Part shown: piece after piece, positions 19,130 to 28,368 of the stretch
How the letters are laid out: every line of letters begins with the position of its first letter
Numbering within the stretch: the first letter of the stretch is position 1
Source of the DNA: Candidatus Uhrbacteria bacterium
GTDB lineage: Bacteria; Patescibacteriota; Patescibacteriia; UBA9934
DNA length: 64,000 nucleotides
Reading direction: 5' to 3'
NCBI GenBank assembly: GCA_943359325.1
Contig: CALRHD010000003.1
Coordinates: 12,081 to 76,080 of the forward strand
Notes under the pieces: model-generated
What the model was told of the DNA's origin: nothing
Database searches by the model: none
The model's input: only the letters and a program-made list of their open reading frames with translations
Translations under genes and position numbers: made by a program

Positions 19130-19804
19130 ATGAAAATAGTTGCGGTTATTCCTGCGTACAACGAGGAAACACGCATCGAACAAGCGATCCGCGATGCGGG
19201 TCGTTTTGTCGACGTCGTCGTGGTCGTTGATGACTGCTCGCTCGATAACACTTATTCTGAGGCGTCTGGGACGCCTGCCCATCTGCTCCGCCACATTTTG
19301 AATCGCGGGCAAGGAGCGGCATTGCAAACGGGAACAGACTACGCGGTCGAAAAATGTGGTGCAGATATTATTGTGCATTTCGATGCCGACGGGCAAATGG
19401 CGGGCGATGAGATCCCAACGCTCACGGAACTGATCAGAAACGGCGAGGCGGATGTTGTGCTCGGCTCGCGATTTTTGGGGAAGCAGGCAAATATGCCACT
19501 CATGCGGCGAATAACGTTATGGGGAGGACTAATGTTCACAAGGATTATTTCTGGCGTCGCGACGACCGATACGCATAATGGATTTCGTGCACTGTCAAAA
19601 AATGCCGCAAAAAAAATGCGCATCACCCTCGACCGCATGGCGCATGCTTCAGAAATTCTCGACTTGTTACAAATCCACAAACTCCGTTACGTCGAACGTC
19701 CTGTGACAATTCGCTATACGAAAGGTACTCTGGCAAAAGGTCAATCGTCGCTCGGCGCTTTCGTCATTGTCAAAGATTTTATAGAAAAACGTCTCTTGGG
19801 CTAA
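19130..19804 (+). CDS. Glycosyltransferase family 2 (polyprenyl-phosphate sugar transferase-like, DPM1/GtrB type)
   Basis: VVVVDDCSLDNT ... NRGQGAALQTG ... DADGQ motifs. Contains one copy of the GGCGTCTGGGACGCC core at 19258-19272. Confidence 0.8.
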   Translation: MKIVAVIPAYNEETRIEQAIRDAGRFVDVVVVVDDCSLDNTYSEASGTPAHLLRHILNRGQGAALQTGTDYAVEKCGADIIVHFDADGQMAGDEIPTLTELIRNGEADVVLGSRFLGKQANMPLMRRITLWGGLMFTRIISGVATTDTHNGFRALSKNAAKKMRITLDRMAHASEILDLLQIHKLRYVERPVTIRYTKGTLAKGQSSLGAFVIVKDFIEKRLLG

Positions 19805-19807
19805 TCT

Positions 19808-20152
19808 ATGTTGTTCCAAATCGCCATCATTGCCTTCGCGCTTATTATGCTCCTCCGTACATGGAAGCAGCATAGCGCGCAAAAAGTCACCAAACAGTGG
19901 CTTGTGTTGTGGGCCGTGGTGTGGCTCGTCATTATTGCTGTTGCCATTGCACCACAGACCGCTGACGCGATTGCGGCAATTGTTGGCGTTGGTCGTGGTG
20001 CGGATCTATTCGTCTACATCGCCATTCTCTTTTTACTATACGCCGAGTACCGCACACTTGTTCGAACGAAAAAATTGCACGAACAGCAAACGGAGTTGGT
20101 ACGGCGTATTGCAATCGAGAATGCAAGGCATGGTGAACATGAGGAACGGTGA
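19808..20152 (+). CDS. Small membrane protein (DUF2304-like), commonly paired with GT2
   Basis: 114 aa, 3-4 TM helices, located directly after the GT2 gene. Confidence 0.6.
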   Translation: MLFQIAIIAFALIMLLRTWKQHSAQKVTKQWLVLWAVVWLVIIAVAIAPQTADAIAAIVGVGRGADLFVYIAILFLLYAEYRTLVRTKKLHEQQTELVRRIAIENARHGEHEER

Positions 20153-20235
20153 TAATGGCAGTGCGGCATTGTCGCCTCTTCGCTCGCACCGTCATCTGAG
20201 AAATTTTTCGCCATCTTCCTGTTGCAACACAAGAA

Positions 20236-21420
20236 GTGATCGCGTGCCACCCTTTACACTGCCTACTTGTTTACTCGAAATTTCTCGGGACGGGGCTTAC
20301 TCATCGTCAACAACACCGCACCGCCATTATCACGCATATGCATTTTCGACCACGCACCGCAATTATCTATCTCTGCTGGAACAACCTGCGGCATTTGCCA
20401 GAGGTTGTGGCGTCGTGGGAAAAATTGGATTATCCGAAAGACCGAATGACGATTGTCATTTTGCCCGCACATTCTCCTGACGGGGTTGCCGATGTTATTC
20501 GTCGCGACGTGTTGCCAAGAAGTGGAAAGGATTTGCCTGAGATTGTTGTTATTGACGAAGAGAACCGCGGGTTCACCGTCAACAATAACGTGGGGTTGCG
20601 GTGGGCGCTCGAACAAGGTTATGACTATGTGTATTTGCAAAACGGAGATTTGCAGTTGGATGTTGCTGCAATTTCCGAAGCGGTAAAAATTGGAGAAGCA
20701 GATGAGAAAATAGGCGCGGTGCAGTCGTTGGTATGTTTTTGGAATGACCACGAAAAAGTGAATACGTCTGGTGGCATGGTGCATGTTGCGGGGTATGGGT
20801 TTGCGCGCGACAATGGTAAGCGCCTCGCCGATGTTTCGATTGTAGACGGTAGCGAGATTGCGTATGCGTCTGGCGCTGCGGTGTTGTACCGTGTTGATGC
20901 GCTCAAAAAAGTTGGTCTTTTTGACGAGGGTTTTTTTATGTATCACGACGACCTCGAACTGGGTCTGCGCTTGAAAATCGCAGGCTACAAAAATGTTATC
21001 GCCACACAATCGAAGACCTATCATGACTATCAATTCGGTAGGACGACGAAAATGTTTTTATGGATTGAAATGAATCGCTACATCGTACTTCTTGCATATT
21101 TACGATTGCGCACCATTCTGTTTCTTGCACCACTCTGGTTTGCCATCGAAATCGGCGGGTGGTTCATGTTTGTAAGGTCGGGTAACATTTTTGTAAAATT
21201 GCGCGCAGTGCGTTTGTGGCTTTCGCCGAAGCCGTGGCGACTCATTGCGTCGATGCGACGTCGTGCGCAATCGCTCCGAACAATTTCCGATCGTGAACTC
21301 ACCAAACTTTGGACAGGCAAAATCGAGGCGCAAGAAATGCCAAACATATTTTTGGAACGCATTGCCAATCCTGTTGTTGACGGCATTTGGCAAGTACTTA
21401 AAAAATGTCTTGTATGGTAG
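20236..21420 (+). CDS. Glycosyltransferase family 2
   Basis: AIIYLCWNN ... DYVYLQNGD ... YHDDLELG motifs. The real start is probably the ATG at 20338. Confidence 0.7.
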   Translation: MIACHPLHCLLVYSKFLGTGLTHRQQHRTAIITHMHFRPRTAIIYLCWNNLRHLPEVVASWEKLDYPKDRMTIVILPAHSPDGVADVIRRDVLPRSGKDLPEIVVIDEENRGFTVNNNVGLRWALEQGYDYVYLQNGDLQLDVAAISEAVKIGEADEKIGAVQSLVCFWNDHEKVNTSGGMVHVAGYGFARDNGKRLADVSIVDGSEIAYASGAAVLYRVDALKKVGLFDEGFFMYHDDLELGLRLKIAGYKNVIATQSKTYHDYQFGRTTKMFLWIEMNRYIVLLAYLRLRTILFLAPLWFAIEIGGWFMFVRSGNIFVKLRAVRLWLSPKPWRLIASMRRRAQSLRTISDRELTKLWTGKIEAQEMPNIFLERIANPVVDGIWQVLKKCLVW

Positions 21421-22490
21421 TTGCACAAGTTGTTTGTATTTATCCGCCACAACGAGGCGGTATTGGTACTGTTGCGGCAGAGTATGCGCGACGGCTCAAG
21501 GAACGCGGGATTGATGTGCGCGTTTTTCACCCCGAAAATACGCCGTCGTGGTTTCGTATCGGCCATGTTGCATGGACACCGTCTCTCATTTTGCGATTGC
21601 GTAACGCCGATGTCATACACCTCCATTACCCGTTTTACGGAGCGGATCTTTTTGCCGCGTTTGCTGCATGGGTTTGGCGCATTCCTCTTGTGGTAACGCA
21701 CCACATGTGTCCGAAAGTTTCGGGTTGGCGCACCCCGATGTACGTAATAAATCGTTGGTGTGTGGAACCGCTTGTACTTCGCGTCGCACAGACGGTTTTC
21801 GTTGCTACCGCAGAGTATGCAAAGGCGCAGCAAATTCGACATCGTAATCTTGTCGTACTTCCGTTTGGAGTCGACACAAAACGATTTTCCGTTGGTCGTG
21901 ACAACGAGTTTCGGCGTGCGCATAATATCGACGCAGACTCAACGGCGATACTTTTTGTCGGCGGGCTGGACGCGGCGCATAATTTTAAGGGTGTCGATGT
22001 ACTGCTCGATGCGTGTTCGCTCATCGCAGCAGATACGTCGTGGACACTCATGATTGTGGGAAGTGGCAATCGCAAAAAAGATTTTGAAGCGTTTGCCGCA
22101 TCGCTTGGTATCGCTGACCGTGTACGGTTTATTGGTTCGGTTCCGTTTGAGGAATTACCGAATGCATATCGTGCCGCCGATATCCACGTTCTTCCGTCGA
22201 CGAATCGTGGTGAAGCATTTGGGATCGTTACACTCGAAGCGGCGGCAACGGGTATTCCATCTGTGGTGAGTGACCTTCCGGGGATGCGAACACTCGTACA
22301 ACACGGGGAAACAGGGTTGTGCGTAAAACCAAATGACGCTGCGGCGCTTGCGCATGCACTCAAAGACCTGCTACAACAGGATGGTCGGCGAGAAGTCATG
22401 GGTGCCGCCGCGCGCGTGATGATTGAACGGTCGTACGATGCCGACAAACTGATCGGCGAGCTCATTGCGTGTTACCAAAATCTGCGTTAA
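21405..22490 (+). CDS. Glycosyltransferase family 4
   Basis: VVCIYPPQRGGIGT N-terminus and EAFGIVTLEAAATGIPSVVSDLPG C-terminal motif. Confidence 0.85.
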   Translation: MSCMVVAQVVCIYPPQRGGIGTVAAEYARRLKERGIDVRVFHPENTPSWFRIGHVAWTPSLILRLRNADVIHLHYPFYGADLFAAFAAWVWRIPLVVTHHMCPKVSGWRTPMYVINRWCVEPLVLRVAQTVFVATAEYAKAQQIRHRNLVVLPFGVDTKRFSVGRDNEFRRAHNIDADSTAILFVGGLDAAHNFKGVDVLLDACSLIAADTSWTLMIVGSGNRKKDFEAFAASLGIADRVRFIGSVPFEELPNAYRAADIHVLPSTNRGEAFGIVTLEAAATGIPSVVSDLPGMRTLVQHGETGLCVKPNDAAALAHALKDLLQQDGRREVMGAAARVMIERSYDADKLIGELIACYQNLR

Positions 22491-22523
22491 TCCTCGCAGC
22501 CAAAAATCCGCGTCAATACTTCT

Positions 22524-23729
22524 ATGAAGATCGGCATTATCACCAACCTCTACCCGCCGCATGCAAGAGGCGGAGCAGAGAACGTCGTCTTTCGGACGGT
22601 GACGGAACTCGTGTCCATGGGGCACGACGTGTTTGTGGTGACGGGGCAGCCGCGGAAAAAAGGATCGTGGATGACCGTCGACCGTTCTGCAACGGAACGT
22701 GTGTATCGATTTTTTCCGCGCAATGTATATTTCACACTTGATGATTACAAACAGCCGTGGCCTGTGCGGTTGTTCTGGCATATCATCGACGCATTTTCTC
22801 CACTTTCTGGGAGAACTGTTGGTGCAATTCTTGACGACGAAAAACCGGACGTTGTGTTTACGCATAATTTAAAGGGACTTGGGCTCTCCATCCCTCGTGC
22901 TATCCAGTCCCGAACTATCCCACACATCCACGTGCTGCACGATTTGCAGCTTATTCTTCCGTCTGGCCTCATGCTGGCCGGCAAGGAATGGCGGTTGACG
23001 GCGTTTGCGCCAATGTACGGCGTGTATCGTGCAATTTGTCGGCACCAATTCGGTAAGCCAAATATGGTCATTTCACCGTCGCAGTTTATTGTCGACCAGT
23101 ATAAGATGCATGCGTTTTTTGGCAATGCGCCGTTCCTCATGCAGCCGAACCCGACGCCGAATTTTCCTGTTGTTGTGCGTGGCGACCACGCAGCTGGTCC
23201 TTTAAAACTTTTGTTTGTCGGACAGTTTGGAGAGCATAAGGGCATTCAGTTTCTTTTGGATGCATTTGTAAAAGTCACACAACATGTACAGCTGCTTATT
23301 GTCGGCGAAGGGCCGCTCCGCGACGTTGTTGCGGCGCATGCGGAAAAAGACAAACGTATTTTGCATTTGGGCTATATGCCGCCAGATGAACTGGTGAAGT
23401 GTTACGGCGTTGCCGACGCTCTCGTCGTTCCTTCACTGTGCTACGAAAATTCACCAACGGTTATTTATGAAGCACTGAATGCGGGGATTCCGATACTCGC
23501 GTCGCGCATTGGCGGCGTTGGTGAACTTATTCGTGAAGGGGAGTCGGGGTATTTGTTTGCTCCCGGTTCCGAGGCAGACTTTCTGCGCACCGTTGGAGAG
23601 CTATTCACACATCGCGCAGAATTCGCCGCCCGCTACGAATCCATCCGCACCACTGTCGCCCCATACTCCCTCGATAAATACACCGCCCGCCTGCTCGAGT
23701 TCGTCAAAATGGTTGTGAGTCAACACTAG
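22524..23729 (+). CDS. Glycosyltransferase family 4
   Basis: MKIGIITNLYPPHARGGAE N-terminus and ENSPTVIYEALNAGIPILASRIGG C-terminal motif. Confidence 0.85.
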   Translation: MKIGIITNLYPPHARGGAENVVFRTVTELVSMGHDVFVVTGQPRKKGSWMTVDRSATERVYRFFPRNVYFTLDDYKQPWPVRLFWHIIDAFSPLSGRTVGAILDDEKPDVVFTHNLKGLGLSIPRAIQSRTIPHIHVLHDLQLILPSGLMLAGKEWRLTAFAPMYGVYRAICRHQFGKPNMVISPSQFIVDQYKMHAFFGNAPFLMQPNPTPNFPVVVRGDHAAGPLKLLFVGQFGEHKGIQFLLDAFVKVTQHVQLLIVGEGPLRDVVAAHAEKDKRILHLGYMPPDELVKCYGVADALVVPSLCYENSPTVIYEALNAGIPILASRIGGVGELIREGESGYLFAPGSEADFLRTVGELFTHRAEFAARYESIRTTVAPYSLDKYTARLLEFVKMVVSQH

Positions 23730-23760
23730 GCACTGTCAGTGCTAAGTGTGGATAACTTGT
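23721..23760. repeat. ~40-bp repeat capping the GT4 3' end (copy 2)
   Basis: CAACACTAGGCACTGTCAGTGCTAAGTGTGGATAACTTGTG is near-identical to 7237-7285. Overlaps the final QH-stop codons. Confidence 0.6.
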
Positions 23761-23762
23761 GA

Positions 23763-23796
23763 ATAAAAAATCCTGCTCGTGTGAACAGGGATTTTT
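23763..23796. terminator. Weak bidirectional terminator between the convergent GT4 and rpmB genes
   Basis: AAAAAATCCTG ... CAGGGATTTTTATT imperfect hairpin flanked by A-run and T-run. Confidence 0.4.
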
Positions 23797-23797
23797 A

Positions 23798-24025
23798 TTA
23801 TGCTAATTTTGTAATGTCGACTTTTTTCCCCTCATTTGCCCACTTCATGAGCGTCTTCAACCCGCGGGTCGAAATCAGCACACGTTCCTTTCTGCCTGTC
23901 GCAGGGTTCACGAGCACACGTTTCTGCAAATTGGGCATTTGGCGACGCTTTGTTTTAACGTTGCTGTGGCTCACGTTATTGCCCGTGAGGGGTGTTTTGC
24001 CAGTAACGGCGCAGACTTGGGACAT
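23798..24025 (-). CDS. rpmB: 50S ribosomal protein L28
   Basis: [34 protein letters not shown] matches the L28 consensus. The start was taken at the internal Met of the longer ORF. Confidence 0.85.
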   Translation of the reverse strand: MSQVCAVTGKTPLTGNNVSHSNVKTKRRQMPNLQKRVLVNPATGRKERVLISTRGLKTLMKWANEGKKVDITKLA

Positions 24026-24168
24026 AGAGAAGGGTGTCCGGCGGAGCCGGATCCGGCTTTGCCGGAAAAAGCTAGAAGGTAAAACGATGACGGAAGTGTA
24101 GCGGATCACGGAGAATTGAGCAAGTCTATAGCCACTTTCCTATAGAACTACCCCGCTACTTCCTAAAA

Positions 24169-24177
24169 AATGCTATA
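24169..24177 (+). promoter_or_regulatory. Extended -10 (TGcTATACT), ~10 nt before the ATG at 24188 (leaderless)
   Basis: Same TGnTATACT pattern as at 27981, 44504 and 50045. Confidence 0.4.
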
Positions 24178-24187
24178 CTCCCACAAT

Positions 24188-25546
24188 ATGGGAGGGAAGA
24201 CGGGGGAAGGGGGAATCGCCCACATTGTTGCGGTAAATATGGGCTATGGCCACGAGCGGCCAGCGCATGTTTTGCGTGGGTTGGCGACGGGAGGGCGGGT
24301 GGTGATCGCGAACGACTATGAGGGCATTCCGAAAAGTGACCAGTCGCTGTGGCATACGAGTCGCATTTGGTATGAGCGAATTTCGCGATTTCGCGTCGTC
24401 CCGATTTTGGGGCCGATTGCGTTTGGCGCGATGGACGTTTTACAAAGCATTCCCGATTTTTACCCGCGGCGCGACATGTCTCGGCCGTCGCTGCAGTTGC
24501 GCGAACTTTACGCACTCATCCGCAATCGAAATTGGTGCCGTCATCTTATTGATGAGCTCGCAAAAAATCCGTTGCCGTTGTTGTGTACATTTTTCACTCC
24601 TGCGTTTGCTGCGGAAGAGTTTGGATACCCAGGAGATATTTACGTTGTTATTTGTGACGCCGACATGAGTCGCGCGTGGGCACCGCTATCGCCGAAGCAC
24701 AGTCGCATAAAATATTTTGCGCCGACGGGGCGTGTGGTGGAGCGACTCAAACTGTACGGCGTTCGTGAAGAAAATATTTTTCATACGGGTTTCCCGTTGC
24801 CCATGGAAGCAATTGGCGGTCTCGACGCGCCGATGCTGCGTCGTGATCTTGGCCGACGTTTGTGCAACCTCGATCCGCGCGGCGTTTTCACGTCGCATGC
24901 CATGTCAACGCTGAGTGCTGTGCTCGGTAAAACATTTTGTGATTCACTCGAAGGTCAGAAGCCGAAAAAACTTTCGTTGACGTTTGCGGTTGGAGGGGCA
25001 GGGGCGCAGCGTGAAATTGCGGTTGCGGCGGCAAAGAGTTTGCGGCGCGAAATTCTTGCGGGAACCATTCGCATGACGCTTGTGGCGGGAACACGGCATG
25101 ATGTTGGCGAATATTTTCATACCGAGCTTGCGAAAGCAGGACTCGAGCGTGCAATCAAAAAAGGCGACGCGGCAATCATGCTCGCCGAAAATCGTCCCGA
25201 TTATTTCTCAAAATTTGCACTCCTCATGCAGGAGACAGATATTTTGTGGACGAAGCCGTCGGAACTCTCGTTTTTTTCAGGGTTAGGTTTGCCGATTGTT
25301 ATGGCGCCAACTGTGGGGAGTCAAGAGGATTTTAATCGGCATTGGTTGCAGCAAATTGGTGGTGGTGTCGATCAACTTGATCCGCGTTATGCAAACGAAT
25401 GGCTGTTTGACTGGGTGAATGGCGGGGCATTGGCACGCATGGCGTGGAATGGCTACGTCGAGGCGCCAACGCACGGCGCTTATCGCATTACGGACATTCT
25501 CTCTGGTCGTTCAAATTCAATGCACCAATTGCCGCTGGTTGTGTAG
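24188..25546 (+). CDS. Putative GT-B fold glycosyltransferase (MGDG-synthase / GT28-like)
   Basis: N-terminal IAHIVAVNMGYGHERPAHVL resembles the GxGH motif of MGDG-synthase/MurG-type enzymes. About 450 aa. The assignment is tentative. Confidence 0.4.
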   Translation: MGGKTGEGGIAHIVAVNMGYGHERPAHVLRGLATGGRVVIANDYEGIPKSDQSLWHTSRIWYERISRFRVVPILGPIAFGAMDVLQSIPDFYPRRDMSRPSLQLRELYALIRNRNWCRHLIDELAKNPLPLLCTFFTPAFAAEEFGYPGDIYVVICDADMSRAWAPLSPKHSRIKYFAPTGRVVERLKLYGVREENIFHTGFPLPMEAIGGLDAPMLRRDLGRRLCNLDPRGVFTSHAMSTLSAVLGKTFCDSLEGQKPKKLSLTFAVGGAGAQREIAVAAAKSLRREILAGTIRMTLVAGTRHDVGEYFHTELAKAGLERAIKKGDAAIMLAENRPDYFSKFALLMQETDILWTKPSELSFFSGLGLPIVMAPTVGSQEDFNRHWLQQIGGGVDQLDPRYANEWLFDWVNGGALARMAWNGYVEAPTHGAYRITDILSGRSNSMHQLPLVV

Positions 25547-25645
25547 GTGATAGGGCGGGCACAGGGCGAGCCCGTACGAGCAGAATCACGCCGAGGCGTC
25601 CGGGACAGGTCAAAGCGTGACAAAAAGGCCGTATTCGCGTAGGCT

Positions 25646-26314
25646 TTGTTTATGTTATCGAAAGCGCAAGAGCGGATTCTACGGGATTTGCAAACAAAAA
25701 AGGGTCGTAAGGACCGAGGGCTTTGCCTCATTGAGGGCGCAAAGTTTGTCCGGGACGCCAAACGTTTCGTCGAGTTTTCGTTTACCCCGCAGGATACAAA
25801 CCAGTTTCGTGAGTATGTGTCGACGGTAGCACCGCAGTCGATTGCCGCTGTTGCTCGTGTGCCTGAATGGACAATGGATGATGTACTGCAAAAAGATGTT
25901 GTTGTGGTGCTCGACGGCGTGCAGGACCCTGGAAACGTTGGTAACGTGTTGCGTGTTGCGCTCGGGTTCGGTGCGTCGGTTATTGCGGTTGAGAGCGCCG
26001 ACATTACGAGCCAAAAAGTGGTGCGTGCCAGTACGAGCGCAATGTTCAAAACGCCGTGGGTCGAAATGAAACGCGACGAAGCGCTTGATGTGCTCGCCGA
26101 AATCGACCGTCCGATTTATCGACTCGAAAATAAAACTATTTCTAAGGATCCCGAATTTATTCATAAGGGGAAAATCGTGCTTATCGCAGGCAACGAAGGT
26201 AGTGGCATCCAGCTCGACGTCAACGGTACGTCTGTTCGCATTGCCCACGACCCCGCCCTCGAGTCGCTCAACGTCGCCGTCGCCGTCGCAATCGTGCTCT
26301 CGCGTTTGTACTAA
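25646..26314 (+). CDS. SpoU/TrmH family tRNA/rRNA 2'-O-methyltransferase
   Basis: SPOUT motifs VVLDGVQDPGNVGNVLR and LIAGNEGSGI. Confidence 0.8.
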   Translation: MFMLSKAQERILRDLQTKKGRKDRGLCLIEGAKFVRDAKRFVEFSFTPQDTNQFREYVSTVAPQSIAAVARVPEWTMDDVLQKDVVVVLDGVQDPGNVGNVLRVALGFGASVIAVESADITSQKVVRASTSAMFKTPWVEMKRDEALDVLAEIDRPIYRLENKTISKDPEFIHKGKIVLIAGNEGSGIQLDVNGTSVRIAHDPALESLNVAVAVAIVLSRLY

Positions 26315-26344
26315 TGGGGTCAGGTCTGGAATCTGGAATTGTGA

Positions 26345-27541
<1,197 letters not shown>

Positions 27542-27978
27542 CAATTTAATCGGCAATCTGTAGCCTACATATACCCAGGAAGAGTGCGGCGTCACTCATC
27601 CGAAGGGATCGATAGACCATTCGTAAACAGGGGCATCGTACCCCAGCCTGCCGCGTTGTAGGTTCTACTGTCGCACGGACATAGTTGGTGGGAGCACACC
27701 AAGAGCGCCGTGGCTGAGTGATAGCGAAAAGGTCATCTGACGCGCGGATTTGGGAAATCTGTGCGAAACGGGAGTGCCACTCTCCCGAAAAGGCTAGCCA
27801 CCTTGCCGCCTCGAAATAAGAGGAAATGCAGTGAGATCAGGCAACCGGCTGTTTGATGAGGCACGTCACACATCCTGAAGTGTGTGGCCATGACCAAAAA
27901 CAAACGTTGGAGGTGCTGCCGAGCCTCCATCCCCTCTGACCCTCTCGTGCGTAAGCGCGAGGGGGTCTCCTTTTTTTC
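27542..27978 (+). other. ~440-bp structured noncoding region ending in a strong terminator (candidate ncRNA or long leader)
   Basis: No convincing ORF on either strand. Hairpins GGAGGTGCTGCCGAGCCTCC and CCTCTCG ... CGAGGGG, followed by GTCTCC TTTTTTT at 27950-27978. Confidence 0.3.
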
Positions 27979-27996
27979 GTGCTATACTATTCTTGT

Positions 27997-28368
27997 ATGC
28001 AAACGGCAGTAAAAGGCGTTGGCGGAGTACTTGGTGAAGTCGTTGGCGATGTGGTGCGTTTTCCGTTGTGGTGGTACACGACAGGTGTGGTGCATGCGGC
28101 AACGGTACTCTTGCATAGCGTCAAATACTACGCACGGAGTCTCGGGATTGCGGTGTGGATACGCAACATTTTCGTTCCCATGTTCGGCCAGCACGATTGG
28201 CAGGGGCGGATTATTTCCGTGTTCATGCGGAGCGCACAAATTTTTTTCCGAGGTGTCGCGCTCGGCATATACGCTATCGTTGCGCTTGCACTTTTTGTGT
28301 TGTACGTTGCCGTCCCACTGTGCGCATTTGCGTTTTTCCTCTTTCATATTTCTGCCATCTTTTTGTGA
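27997..28368 (+). CDS. Small membrane protein (hypothetical)
   Basis: TGcTATACT -10 at 27981-27989, then the ATG ~10 nt downstream (leaderless). 3-4 predicted TM helices. Confidence 0.5.
   Translation: MQTAVKGVGGVLGEVVGDVVRFPLWWYTTGVVHAATVLLHSVKYYARSLGIAVWIRNIFVPMFGQHDWQGRIISVFMRSAQIFFRGVALGIYAIVALALFVLYVAVPLCAFAFFLFHISAIFL

Noticed and set aside
18307-22465. Minus-strand ORFs 18307..18942, 20263..21033, 21078..21923 and 21635..22465 in the glycosyltransferase locus
   Set aside because: Each lies wholly inside a + strand gene with clear GT2/GT4/SDR motifs. No motifs were seen in the antisense translations.
23781-24101. + strand ORF 23781..24101 (106 aa)
   Set aside because: It is the antisense shadow of rpmB, which gives a textbook L28 sequence on the minus strand.
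27542-27978. Possibility that the long intergenic region is tmRNA, RNase P RNA or SRP RNA
   Set aside because: None of these could be confirmed by eye. There is no tRNA-like GGTTCGANTCC T-arm with a CCA end, no GGAAAGTCCGG P4 strand, and no AGGUCAGGUCCGGAAGGAAGCAGCC SRP domain IV motif. It is kept only as an unclassified structured region.
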